Below, one piece after another: positions 43,496-52,424 of a stretch of DNA of 64,000 nt. Every line of letters starts with the position of its first letter. Within the stretch, counting starts at the first letter, position 1. This DNA is from a virus (Duplodnaviria > Heunggongvirae > Uroviricota > Caudoviricetes), in IMG/VR virus record IMGVR_UViG_2974564184_000001, positions 64,977 through 128,976 of that record. One strand, written 5' to 3'. The notes beneath the pieces were generated by a model, which saw nothing but the letters and a program-made list of their open reading frames with translations, had not been told where the DNA came from and searched no databases. The position numbers were made by a program, and so were the translations under genes.

Positions 43496-45445
43496 TCAGA
43501 ACGGAGCGTCTTCGTCGTCCATTCCTGTGAAGACTTCACCTATATCAGGGATCACTGTGGACGGTGTTACCGCCAAAGGTTCCTGAACTACCGGGTTCAA
43601 CTTTCCGTCGTTGTCTCCATCGGTAGGGATATTCTCCTCGGTCAAGTCGGAGTAGTGCTTATTCTCTTGGTTATCCGTAGATAACTCTTGGAGAGCATTA
43701 CTGTTTACAACATCCTTCTTCTCTGGGTGGATGTTATACCACTCACGCAGTGTCTGACAGTCAGACTCCAAGAAGCCTTCTGGCGGTTCCAGGTAGTCAC
43801 CTGTGTCTACATCGTAGAACACTGGGAATTTACCAGCACGTCCGTGCTTACGGTCATCCAGAATCACGAAGTAAGAGGTGTTACGCTCTTTCGGTGACAG
43901 TTCTGGGTCTTTGTTACGCTCGATACCTACCATGTAATACGTGTTACGCATCATGGCACGAGAACCAGCAAACTGAGCAGACTGAACCTGACCACCAAAT
44001 TCGTGTGGCTTGCCATTCTCTGGTTTGTTCAGGTGACAGAAGCAGTAGTATGTGAAGCCCAGTTCCTTCGCCATCTTGGAGATCTCATCGGAGAAACGCT
44101 CCAGTTCGGTGTTGGCTTCTGATGCCGTCATACCCTGAGTCAGTCGGGTGATTGGGTCAATGAACACGTCCTTCGCGCCCTCTACGAGCACTGCGTGACG
44201 GATTGCACCTTTCACCTCATCCCAAACAGCGCGTCCGTAGTTGGAGTAGTAGATGATGTTATCACCAACTTCATCCGTCGCGTTGACCAGCTCTTCCTGA
44301 ACGAAGTAGCCACGCATATCCGGTGTGACCGGATTGCCCCACACATCGATCCACCCGCCCAGGCCGTCCGGTAGGCAAACCTTTTCTGCGTTGGTGAAGT
44401 CTTTGTGGAACAGTTTACCCGCGATCTTCTTACAGGTAACGGCGTTCTCTTCTTCGAACTTGAACAGGGCGACCTTCGTCCGCTCAACCTTGAAGATGTG
44501 CTCCGCAAGCTGGTTCAACCACTCTGACTTACCCATCTTGACGCCTGCACCGATGAAGTAACCTTCACCTTCACGACGGCCCAAGGTGAGCTTAGTCATC
44601 GTAGCCCAAGGCCAAGGACGACCCAAACGAGGAAGCTCCTGTGCTTTGTTACGGATCTGATCGTAAGTACGGAAACCTTCCGGCACGTACTCAATCGGCT
44701 TGATTGCAGACCAGTAAAGCTGTTCACTCATACCTTGTGCAACCATATCACACGGGTCAAAGTCGTCTGGGAAATCTGCAACCTTGATCTCAGGGATCAG
44801 GGAGTAGACCGCCGCAGTCGCATCGCGACCTTTCATGATCTTCTTCTGCTTTTCAGCCTCGTTTGCCTTATCCGCATCGAAGCACAGAACAATCTCACCG
44901 TGACGCTTGATGAACTTCATGTTCACCTTTTGACCGATGTTCTGAACGGCGTTGGACGTACCATTCGAGATAGACACCACACTCGGGTTACCGCGTGGGT
45001 ATTTCTCTTTCATTACCTGGTACAGAACCGCAGCATCGTATTCACCTTCGGTGATGAACACACGCTTGCCGCCTGTTGAGTTTGCCGCCTGTACACCAAA
45101 CATTTCACAAGCCACGGACTGGAAGCCCACAACCGTGAAGTGTCCCTTGTCAGCCTTCGGCTTTGTCAGGTCACGCTTCTTATACCCTGCCAATTTGCCG
45201 TCGTAGTAGTACGGGAAGTAGTGGGCGTCATGCCTCATACCCGTCTGACCATCCAGCTTGACACGAATCCCAAAGTGTTCCGCAGTCTCACGGCTGATCC
45301 CCCGCTCGGGGATTGCCAGGCAAGGATACCCTGAGATGTCTTCGATAGTCTCTTCGACCTTAAACGTCACTCCGCCTCCACTTTTCTTGAATGCCTTGGG
45401 GTTTTCATACCCCTTCTTGTAGCCACCAAACAGACCTGCGTCCAT
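43496..45445 (-). CDS. T7 gp4-like primase-helicase (649 aa)
   Basis: TOPRIM ITEGEYDA and CFDAD; Walker A GVKMGKS; FIDP, CHLNK, DDRKHG; acidic tail DDEDAPF. Confidence 0.92.
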   Translation of the reverse strand: MDAGLFGGYKKGYENPKAFKKSGGGVTFKVEETIEDISGYPCLAIPERGISRETAEHFGIRVKLDGQTGMRHDAHYFPYYYDGKLAGYKKRDLTKPKADKGHFTVVGFQSVACEMFGVQAANSTGGKRVFITEGEYDAAVLYQVMKEKYPRGNPSVVSISNGTSNAVQNIGQKVNMKFIKRHGEIVLCFDADKANEAEKQKKIMKGRDATAAVYSLIPEIKVADFPDDFDPCDMVAQGMSEQLYWSAIKPIEYVPEGFRTYDQIRNKAQELPRLGRPWPWATMTKLTLGRREGEGYFIGAGVKMGKSEWLNQLAEHIFKVERTKVALFKFEEENAVTCKKIAGKLFHKDFTNAEKVCLPDGLGGWIDVWGNPVTPDMRGYFVQEELVNATDEVGDNIIYYSNYGRAVWDEVKGAIRHAVLVEGAKDVFIDPITRLTQGMTASEANTELERFSDEISKMAKELGFTYYCFCHLNKPENGKPHEFGGQVQSAQFAGSRAMMRNTYYMVGIERNKDPELSPKERNTSYFVILDDRKHGRAGKFPVFYDVDTGDYLEPPEGFLESDCQTLREWYNIHPEKKDVVNSNALQELSTDNQENKHYSDLTEENIPTDGDNDGKLNPVVQEPLAVTPSTVIPDIGEVFTGMDDEDAPF

Positions 45446-45453
45446 GTTCCTCC

Positions 45454-45630
45454 CTAAAATGGTTTAGTCACCACAGCGTGAAGCGTGGTTCCAATCGCAG
45501 TCAGTCCACCTGATAGCGAGTAGCCTTGATTAAAGGCTTGATTAAGCAGTCTCTGCATCTCCTGCACACGGAAAACTCCGTTTGTAGTGAGGATGTGTAC
45601 GTTTCTACTCAGTTCTTCCAAGTTTCTCAT
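45454..45630 (-). CDS. Small hypothetical protein (58 aa)
   Basis: Likely start MRNLEE; QGYSLSGGL...HAVVTK. Confidence 0.55.
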   Translation of the reverse strand: MRNLEELSRNVHILTTNGVFRVQEMQRLLNQAFNQGYSLSGGLTAIGTTLHAVVTKPF

Positions 45631-46330
45631 CTTCGACCTTTTGATTGTTATGGAAGAATGCTTCCGCAAAGCCACGGGGTGTGCAGCTACGGATATTCTT
45701 CGTCTTGGTAGATTTTCCACCACACAATAGCCAGCCGGGGTTTGCTTTATGCAACGCTGGCAGTGGTTTCTTCAATGGTTGCTTGGCACCATTACCCATC
45801 CAGATACAAGTTTTCTTGTTGTACTGATCCCGGGGGGGATAAATCTGCGGGTAGATTGGATGCGTGTCATCCTCTGGGAGGTATTGACCGTAATCTTTCG
45901 GGTCAAAGTAGTAGTCTGGGGTACGATACATGGACGAAAGAACACCTACCGGGTTCTCAAATGCCCACGGCACCTCATACTGGTTACCGACCTTCTCCAC
46001 CAACAGACACAACTCCATCGCTTCTTTCTGGAAGCCTGGGTTTGCTGCTCGTTTCTTGGCCCAATGGCGAGACCCTGCGTTGGTCAGGTGTGTGCATTCA
46101 GGGAATCCGAAGACAACCTCAACACCTTCACCCACCATTTCACGGATCTCTTTCGCTTGCTCTAAGGTTTTGTCGTGGAAGAACCACATACCCACCTTCA
46201 CAAGATTGCCCTCACGGGTTATACCCGGGGCATGTTGACCATCGAACGTCCACACTTCATACCCTGCACGGAGCCAAGGCATAGCCATGACGGATGTGTA
46301 ATCGTACAGGATGATAACCTTCTTTGTCAA
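45605..46330 (-). CDS. DNA (cytosine-5) methyltransferase-like protein
   Basis: FGFPECTHL catalytic-Cys motif, ENPVG motif VI, KKTCIW. Confidence 0.75.
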   Translation of the reverse strand: MTKKVIILYDYTSVMAMPWLRAGYEVWTFDGQHAPGITREGNLVKVGMWFFHDKTLEQAKEIREMVGEGVEVVFGFPECTHLTNAGSRHWAKKRAANPGFQKEAMELCLLVEKVGNQYEVPWAFENPVGVLSSMYRTPDYYFDPKDYGQYLPEDDTHPIYPQIYPPRDQYNKKTCIWMGNGAKQPLKKPLPALHKANPGWLLCGGKSTKTKNIRSCTPRGFAEAFFHNNQKVEDEKLGRTE

Positions 46331-46702
46331 TCAATCCTCCAGTTTGGTATCCAGGATGTTTCCCAACGCTCGCAAATCTGAGGTGCTCAGAAGAGCGCGG
46401 GTGCCGTGTTCTACGATCACCTTGAAATCGTATGAGCGATTACGCAAGTTAACGCAACGGGCTTCATGCTCGGTGATCTTGCCATCACGTTGAGCATAAT
46501 AGGCGGCGGTGTGCCATCCATGATAATCTCCGGTGTAGTAATCCCACATGGTGATTTCTTTCTCGAAGAAAATCCACTTCTTGACTGTCATCTTTTCAGA
46601 TTTAAGACGGTCAACAACCTCATTGCCACGCTTCTGGCAGAGTGCTAAGTGGTCATATGCTTGAGAAATCGTCTCGATATCCACTTCAACTAATGTGCTC
46701 AT
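46331..46702 (-). CDS. Hypothetical protein (123 aa)
   Basis: ORF in minus-strand operon. Confidence 0.6.
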   Translation of the reverse strand: MSTLVEVDIETISQAYDHLALCQKRGNEVVDRLKSEKMTVKKWIFFEKEITMWDYYTGDYHGWHTAAYYAQRDGKITEHEARCVNLRNRSYDFKVIVEHGTRALLSTSDLRALGNILDTKLED

Positions 46703-46874
46703 TGAATGTTCTCCAGTTCGATGTCACATTCTTTGATCGCTGCCAGTGGAACATACCCACCGTAGCCGTCCAGAATGAACTCCTTACCACCACGAATGAT
46801 TACGCCATAGGTTTGCCCTACGACAACCTTAGGAACAGCGCGAGACGCTGATATGACCTTTACCTTGCCCCGGT

Positions 46875-47009
46875 TCATTGGAACACCAGCCACATGTTGA
46901 ATACTGCCAGCATACCGAACAGGATCATCAGAAAATGGAACCGGGCAACCCCGGTCACGCCACTCATGAAGAGACAGAAGATCGCTAACATGAAGTTAAC
47001 TACAGGCAT
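46875..47009 (-). CDS. Tiny two-TM peptide (44 aa)
   Basis: MPVVNFMLAIFCLF...MWLVFQ. Confidence 0.5.
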   Translation of the reverse strand: MPVVNFMLAIFCLFMSGVTGVARFHFLMILFGMLAVFNMWLVFQ

Positions 47010-47155
47010 CGTGCCACCACCACAACCACGTTGAGCATAGACGCTCCGAAGTTCAAAGCACAAAGGCCATAGTTACCGTCTTTCGCACACTTATAAGCGA
47101 TGAAGGCGCTAAAGAACACACAGAAGAGGTTCAGCACAGTCAGGAATGCAGCCAT
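47000..47155 (-). CDS. Tiny two-TM peptide (51 aa)
   Basis: MAAFLTVLNLFC...AYKCAKDGNYGLCALN. Confidence 0.6.
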   Translation of the reverse strand: MAAFLTVLNLFCVFFSAFIAYKCAKDGNYGLCALNFGASMLNVVVVVARCL

Positions 47156-47156
47156 T

Positions 47157-47306
47157 TTATTTCCCCGTAGCAATAGAGATGATAAAACCAACGTTGATGC
47201 CGAAGCAAATCACGTTAGTCAAGCCCAAGAAACGAATGTCGTTTCGGATGCAGTGGTAGGCAGCATAACCACAAGAAGCAGCAAGTGCCGCATGTAAAAT
47301 GATCAT
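47157..47306 (-). CDS. Tiny two-TM peptide (49 aa), not in ORF track
   Basis: MIILHAALAASCGYAAYHCIRNDIRFLGLTNVICFGINVGFIISIATGK*; ATGA overlap with upstream stop. Confidence 0.6.
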   Translation of the reverse strand: MIILHAALAASCGYAAYHCIRNDIRFLGLTNVICFGINVGFIISIATGK

Positions 47307-47692
47307 CAGTAGAGTCCCTCGCTGAAAAGTTCACGGTTATGCCCATTCCGCTCTGCATTGAACGGCTGGCCTGAGTGCTTCACAATATCCATCCCAACTT
47401 CACGGGTGTGGTAATTGTCGTATTGGTCAATGAAGCCCTGATCATCACCACATACCATCATCGTTTTGATGATGCCTTTCTCCGCAAGCATTTTAGCCAG
47501 GGTTCGCATGATCGGGCTGTAGTGCCGTGATGCCGGGATGATCAACGGTGTACCGTCTCGCATCTCAAAACGGTTTGCTGCACAAACGATCTGGCGTTGA
47601 ACGCGATGTTCATAGTCAGGCCATGTCTGAATGCAATGATCGGGCAACGTGTCAAAAGACACACCCGGCTGTACCGGGTGATCTGTACTCAT
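47306..47692 (-). CDS. Conserved phage hypothetical protein (128 aa)
   Basis: IVCAAN...RHY...QGFIDQY..YHTRE...LFSEGLY. Confidence 0.7.
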   Translation of the reverse strand: MSTDHPVQPGVSFDTLPDHCIQTWPDYEHRVQRQIVCAANRFEMRDGTPLIIPASRHYSPIMRTLAKMLAEKGIIKTMMVCGDDQGFIDQYDNYHTREVGMDIVKHSGQPFNAERNGHNRELFSEGLY

Positions 47693-47967
47693 TAGTGAGC
47701 TACCTTTGAGATTGTGTTACCACGCGGGGCGATTGGACTCCCGGTATTCATTCCTGCAAGCAGGGCCACTGCCGGAATGTGCTCATCATCAACACCATAT
47801 TTGATGTCGATCTGGCGCATCACCAGGGTGTATGTGAGAACGCCGTTGAATTCTGACTGACCAACGATTGAGTAGCCTTCATCGAGCAGGTCTGCCAGTT
47901 GATTCTCAGCATCTTCGACACGGAGGTCACGGCGGTTGAAATCAATGATTTTCACTTTAGTCTTCAT
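47692..47967 (-). CDS. Hypothetical protein (91 aa)
   Basis: ORF with SD, coupled to next gene. Confidence 0.6.
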   Translation of the reverse strand: MKTKVKIIDFNRRDLRVEDAENQLADLLDEGYSIVGQSEFNGVLTYTLVMRQIDIKYGVDDEHIPAVALLAGMNTGSPIAPRGNTISKVAH

Positions 47968-47972
47968 GATTT

Positions 47973-48251
47973 TTAAATTTCTCCTCTTTCTTGTGAATAA
48001 CAGCCCGAGATTTCTACATCTCGAAGTTTGTTTCTGAGTTCATGGTATAGAACATCATCAGGAATGTCAACGCAGATCTGCTTACCATTTTGGAAAACAG
48101 CGTAATATTCCATATCTTGGAATCCGTTATAGTCCCAGTCACTGTCTTTCGCAGCACGGTCGGGTGCCTGCACAGTATAAATCGCTTCTACGGTTACCAC
48201 CCCGGCTTCTGGGTGGTCATAAGGGAAATCCAATTCTACACGTTGACTCAT
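47973..48251 (-). CDS. Hypothetical protein (92 aa)
   Basis: Coupled ORF. Confidence 0.55.
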   Translation of the reverse strand: MSQRVELDFPYDHPEAGVVTVEAIYTVQAPDRAAKDSDWDYNGFQDMEYYAVFQNGKQICVDIPDDVLYHELRNKLRDVEISGCYSQERGEI

Positions 48252-48628
48252 ACACCGCTCCGCTTGTGGAAAATATAATCAGGTTCACCAGGGCCGTTTT
48301 TATCCATCAAAGCCATTTCTTCTTTCAGCTTTTCTATTTGCGCCGCACGACGCATGATGCCATGCTTGTGGCGACGGATATGACGCTCTGCCATAAATTC
48401 TTGGGCTTCCTCAAGAGTGCGATAGAAGCTGGCCCCATCCTTGCCATAAGAGAAGGAGATCCCACCGCCATCCGTTTTAAGATGGGTGTTGTTGTGGGTA
48501 GGGAAATCAAGAACCTTGTGAAAGCACTCCTCAGAGAGGTTGTTAGCTTCCAAACCAATACGCCCAGGTGCAGCCACGTAGAAGATCGTCCCGGGCTTCA
48601 TGGCCCGGAATTCATCGAGGGTGATCAT
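48248..48628 (-). CDS. Hypothetical protein (126 aa)
   Basis: Coupled ORF. Confidence 0.55.
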   Translation of the reverse strand: MITLDEFRAMKPGTIFYVAAPGRIGLEANNLSEECFHKVLDFPTHNNTHLKTDGGGISFSYGKDGASFYRTLEEAQEFMAERHIRRHKHGIMRRAAQIEKLKEEMALMDKNGPGEPDYIFHKRSGV

Positions 48629-49091
48629 TCAGCCTCATCCTCGTCAGGATCAACTAACGACAACTCAGCCTTGTAAGTCATCGGTGCCAGTTTGGTTACA
48701 GAGTCAACAGAGAAGAGCACATCCTCGTCACGAATGTTGATCAGTTGACCAATCTCAATCACCTCCAGAGAGGTGATGACAGCAGATGCACGAGACTCTG
48801 TTGGGTAGTATTGAAGGGCAATATCATGCCCTGGTACACGTTCAGTGAAGTCATGTACCAAAACCTCTGGTAACTCAATCTCTTGCGATGGAGTTCCAAA
48901 GATGAAGTTCATCAGCCATTTAAACATTTTTGTTCTCCTTGCGCTTGTCCAGTTCAGCCAGGATCTCACGCAGCCGACCCATTGCATCGGCAGCTTCCTG
49001 ATTAAGTCGTGCAGCATTGCTTGTGGCAACATCACGCAACTTCATCAGCTTCTCGTCGCTAACCTGCGACAGATTGCTAAAATCTTCAACC

Positions 49092-49448
49092 TTATCCACG
49101 TTTGTTCTCCTCATAAAAGGCAATCAAGTCCTTCATCCGGCTTTCGACCCCTTTCAGGAATTCATACTTGCCATCAGCCATCGAAGCGTTGTAAGCGTCT
49201 GCACCTTTCTCCTGCAACCAGAAGAATGCTTGTGAGAACTCACTGTACTTCTTGTCGGACTCATCATACACGAAGCCCATCCGCTTGCAAGCAACAACAC
49301 ACTGGTAAGTTAAAGTATCCAGCGAGTTGATCATATCAGCGGCGCGGTTCATCACCTGAGTGTGTTCAGGAGATAAATCCGGGTTGCGACTCTCCTTACG
49401 GAGTTTCCTGACCAGCATATCCGCAGGACGATCTGAAAGTTCTATCAT
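49092..49448 (-). CDS. Hypothetical protein (118 aa)
   Basis: Coupled ORF. Confidence 0.55.
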   Translation of the reverse strand: MIELSDRPADMLVRKLRKESRNPDLSPEHTQVMNRAADMINSLDTLTYQCVVACKRMGFVYDESDKKYSEFSQAFFWLQEKGADAYNASMADGKYEFLKGVESRMKDLIAFYEENKRG

Positions 49449-49903
49449 TCCGCAGTCTCCAGGAACTTAACCCAGCGGGTTTGTGACTTGATGCCAGAGC
49501 CATCATTTCCGCAACGCTTGTTACGCTGGATAGAGACCGTCTCGACGATCCGGTTCTTACGTGCAAAGGTTGCAGGGTTCTCTTCCATCTGCTTACGAGA
49601 GACGGTGCGAGGACGCACCAGACTCCCGTTGTGCATCTGCACCGCAGCTTCTAAACTCAGGTGCATTGGACGGCCTTTCGCAGGGAAGGCAATAATGTAA
49701 CCGAAACGACCATCAGTGATTTTCGGATACTTCGCCAGTCGCTGAGGAACATAACCATAAGCTGACATCATCTCGTCTAAAGACGCCATCTGGATATGGG
49801 TTGTGTCCATGCTGTTCTCTGCACGAAGAGCACTGAAAGCGTTGAAGTCTTCAAGTTCCTTGTGGAACTTGTTAACCAGTTCAAGACGAGCTAATGAAGC
49901 CAT
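49445..49903 (-). CDS. Hypothetical protein (152 aa)
   Basis: ORF with SD AAGGAG. Confidence 0.6.
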   Translation of the reverse strand: MASLARLELVNKFHKELEDFNAFSALRAENSMDTTHIQMASLDEMMSAYGYVPQRLAKYPKITDGRFGYIIAFPAKGRPMHLSLEAAVQMHNGSLVRPRTVSRKQMEENPATFARKNRIVETVSIQRNKRCGNDGSGIKSQTRWVKFLETAE

Positions 49904-49915
49904 GATTTTCTCCTT

Positions 49916-51229
49916 TTACTTTCCTGGGAAAGTCTGATTGTAGAATGTGATGACCCGTGGGTCTACCATAATATCTCGCTTTTTCAGAGGCTTAACCATA
50001 CGGAGACCGCCAGTGTGCGTTGCACGACTGAGAGCTACATAGGCCATACCTGCTGAGAAAGTGCCATACCCGAAGTCTATATTAACCGCTGGCAAAGTCA
50101 ACCCCTGTGCTTTGTGGATTGTCACAGCGTAAGCAGCGCGTAATGGGAGAGCTAAGAACTGTCCAATCACCTTCTTACTGATCTTGGACTTCTGCTTCCC
50201 AGAGATCGGGTCGATCACTTTCTCCGGTGTGTACTCCACGTTTTCCCAGACGTTCTCCATCACATCAACCACAGTGCCGTCTAAGAGTTCCACAACAACG
50301 TATGTTGCAAACATCTTGCGAATGAAACCAATGGAACCATTCACATAAGCTGGGTCTTCGTGTGGTTTACTGATCTGGTTAGCGGTGATCATTACCTTCA
50401 ATCCAACTTTAAGCGCCAGTTCGTCCGGGCCGGGTTTGGATTTGAAGTCACCTTCGACCTTTGATTTGTAAATCTTGACCGGACTTTGAATGTCATCGAA
50501 GAACTTTTTGTTGATCCGTTCCGTCTGAGCATTCGTACTTGTCAGAGTGATCGCCTGCGGGTTGTCCAACGGCTTATAGCAGTTGTCGTTGATGTAGTCC
50601 ACCACATCGTCCAAGCGCTCACCTTTACGCAGACAGTTCAGCATTCTGGCAAAGTTATCACTCTGTTGGCGATACATTTTCTCCAGCATCACCGGGTAAG
50701 GCTGGGCATCGCGCCAGGTGTCTGACCAGCAGCACAGTTCAGTGTTGAAGTGGCTACGGTACAGGTCTTCCTCTGTGGAAGTAAGCACTGGCAGGTTTTG
50801 GAAGAAGTCTCCGAACTTGATGACCTGGATACCGCCGAACGGTTCATTAGGTTTCTTGCGAACGAGACGTAACTTTTGGTCAATCTCCCACAACTTATCT
50901 GCACGGATCATGGAGATTTCATCAATGATGATACGCTCCAAGTCTTTGCTTTTCATAAGTTTTTCATGACGACGCTTTATGTTCATAACGTCCTCATCGG
51001 AAGAGACACCCATGCTCAAGCCGAAGGCTCGGTGAGCAGTCATCCCTTCAACGTTCAACGCAGCAACCCCCGTAGGGGCTACTGTCAGAGTCGTGTCCGG
51101 GAAAAGGGCTTGGATTTTCTTGATGGTATGAGTCTTGCCCGTACCACCTGGCCCGGTGACAAACACGTTGCCACCGCCCATTACCGCCTTGATAGCGTCA
51201 TCCGTACCCACTCCGAAAGCATTACTCAT
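49916..51229 (-). CDS. PIF1/RecD-like SF1B DNA helicase
   Basis: GPGGTGKT, IIDEISM, FGDFFQNLPV, AYAVTIHKAQG, YVALSR. Confidence 0.92.
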   Translation of the reverse strand: MSNAFGVGTDDAIKAVMGGGNVFVTGPGGTGKTHTIKKIQALFPDTTLTVAPTGVAALNVEGMTAHRAFGLSMGVSSDEDVMNIKRRHEKLMKSKDLERIIIDEISMIRADKLWEIDQKLRLVRKKPNEPFGGIQVIKFGDFFQNLPVLTSTEEDLYRSHFNTELCCWSDTWRDAQPYPVMLEKMYRQQSDNFARMLNCLRKGERLDDVVDYINDNCYKPLDNPQAITLTSTNAQTERINKKFFDDIQSPVKIYKSKVEGDFKSKPGPDELALKVGLKVMITANQISKPHEDPAYVNGSIGFIRKMFATYVVVELLDGTVVDVMENVWENVEYTPEKVIDPISGKQKSKISKKVIGQFLALPLRAAYAVTIHKAQGLTLPAVNIDFGYGTFSAGMAYVALSRATHTGGLRMVKPLKKRDIMVDPRVITFYNQTFPGK

Positions 51230-52424
51230 CCGTTCCGATCTCCTGTAGTTGGTTACCGTCTTTGTCGATGATCAGCACCTGCGGGATATCCTTCGGACGT
51301 TCAAGTCCAGTCAGGATCTCATAGCGACAGGCGCGGCACTTACTGTTCTTGTAATCTGTGGGAACGGAGACGATATCTCCTGGACTCACAGACACTTCAA
51401 TCAGCAAACCACCCTGGAACTGATGACCGAAGTAATGCTTCGCTGCGATGTGCAGACCAGCAGAACAGGTCTTGGCTGGATCATCTTCTACTTGGTTACG
51501 TGGCATCATAATGGTCATCCCTTTGAAGTTAGGAACATTACGTGCAGCACGGCCCTGATTCGTGACCTTCTTCCAGGCTCGGATGTTTCCATCCTCCAGG
51601 ATCTCCAGATCGTTGTGCTCAATGAAGTCATAGGTATGCTTCACTGCCATGAACGATGGATTGGTCATCAGCTTACGGAAGAAGTTCACGAACTTCACCG
51701 GGTCTTGACCTGCTTCGCAGTCATTGATGATGCGACGAGCCAGCTTGGTCTGAGGAACTTCCATACCGTAATGGTACAGCTTGCCCTCGATCACGCAAAT
51801 ATCGCCTTCACCGAACGACCACTCACGCACTTTCTTCTCGATATTCATCATATCGACCATAGCCTGCACATCACCATCAGCGAACAGGCCAGCCACCGCT
51901 TTGAAGTCTTCGTGATCACGAGACATCACCAGTTGCTTGCCATCAGCAAGTGTAACAGAGATATTCTTCATTGTCATAATGACGATGGGTTCAACCTCTG
52001 GAGTCACTACCGGAACAGCTACTGGGGCGACATTCGCCTTATGGCCTGCCACAATCGAATCATAGACCTTTTGGTCTTCTGGCGTTGCGATGGGCAACTT
52101 ATCTGTGTACTCCACAGACCAGCGCAGACCTTTTTTCTCCAGGTCACGGACGATGTGATCACCCTTGTTACGGGCATTGTCGATCACTTTACCATTCAGT
52201 TCCTTGGCGACTGCACGAGCCTCACCACGGGAGCCGATGTTATTGCGACGAGACAACACACCTGTCTCTGGTGCCGATTCTCCGGCACCTTCAACAGCCC
52301 AACGCTCTTTGTCAAAGAACGCGCCACGGTCTTTAATCTTCCCGCCGTGCTCCGCCGCAAAGCGACGGGCAGCGGAACGAGAGGAAAAGAGATTCTTAGC
52401 CATTATTTTTCTCCTTTGCGTCAA
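51222..52424 (-). CDS. rIIB: rIIB-like protein
   Basis: DFIEHNDLEILEDG...AWKKV...CSAGLH...PGDIVSVPTDY..SKCR.CRY; downstream of rIIA. Confidence 0.88.
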   Translation of the reverse strand: MTQRRKIMAKNLFSSRSAARRFAAEHGGKIKDRGAFFDKERWAVEGAGESAPETGVLSRRNNIGSRGEARAVAKELNGKVIDNARNKGDHIVRDLEKKGLRWSVEYTDKLPIATPEDQKVYDSIVAGHKANVAPVAVPVVTPEVEPIVIMTMKNISVTLADGKQLVMSRDHEDFKAVAGLFADGDVQAMVDMMNIEKKVREWSFGEGDICVIEGKLYHYGMEVPQTKLARRIINDCEAGQDPVKFVNFFRKLMTNPSFMAVKHTYDFIEHNDLEILEDGNIRAWKKVTNQGRAARNVPNFKGMTIMMPRNQVEDDPAKTCSAGLHIAAKHYFGHQFQGGLLIEVSVSPGDIVSVPTDYKNSKCRACRYEILTGLERPKDIPQVLIIDKDGNQLQEIGTDE

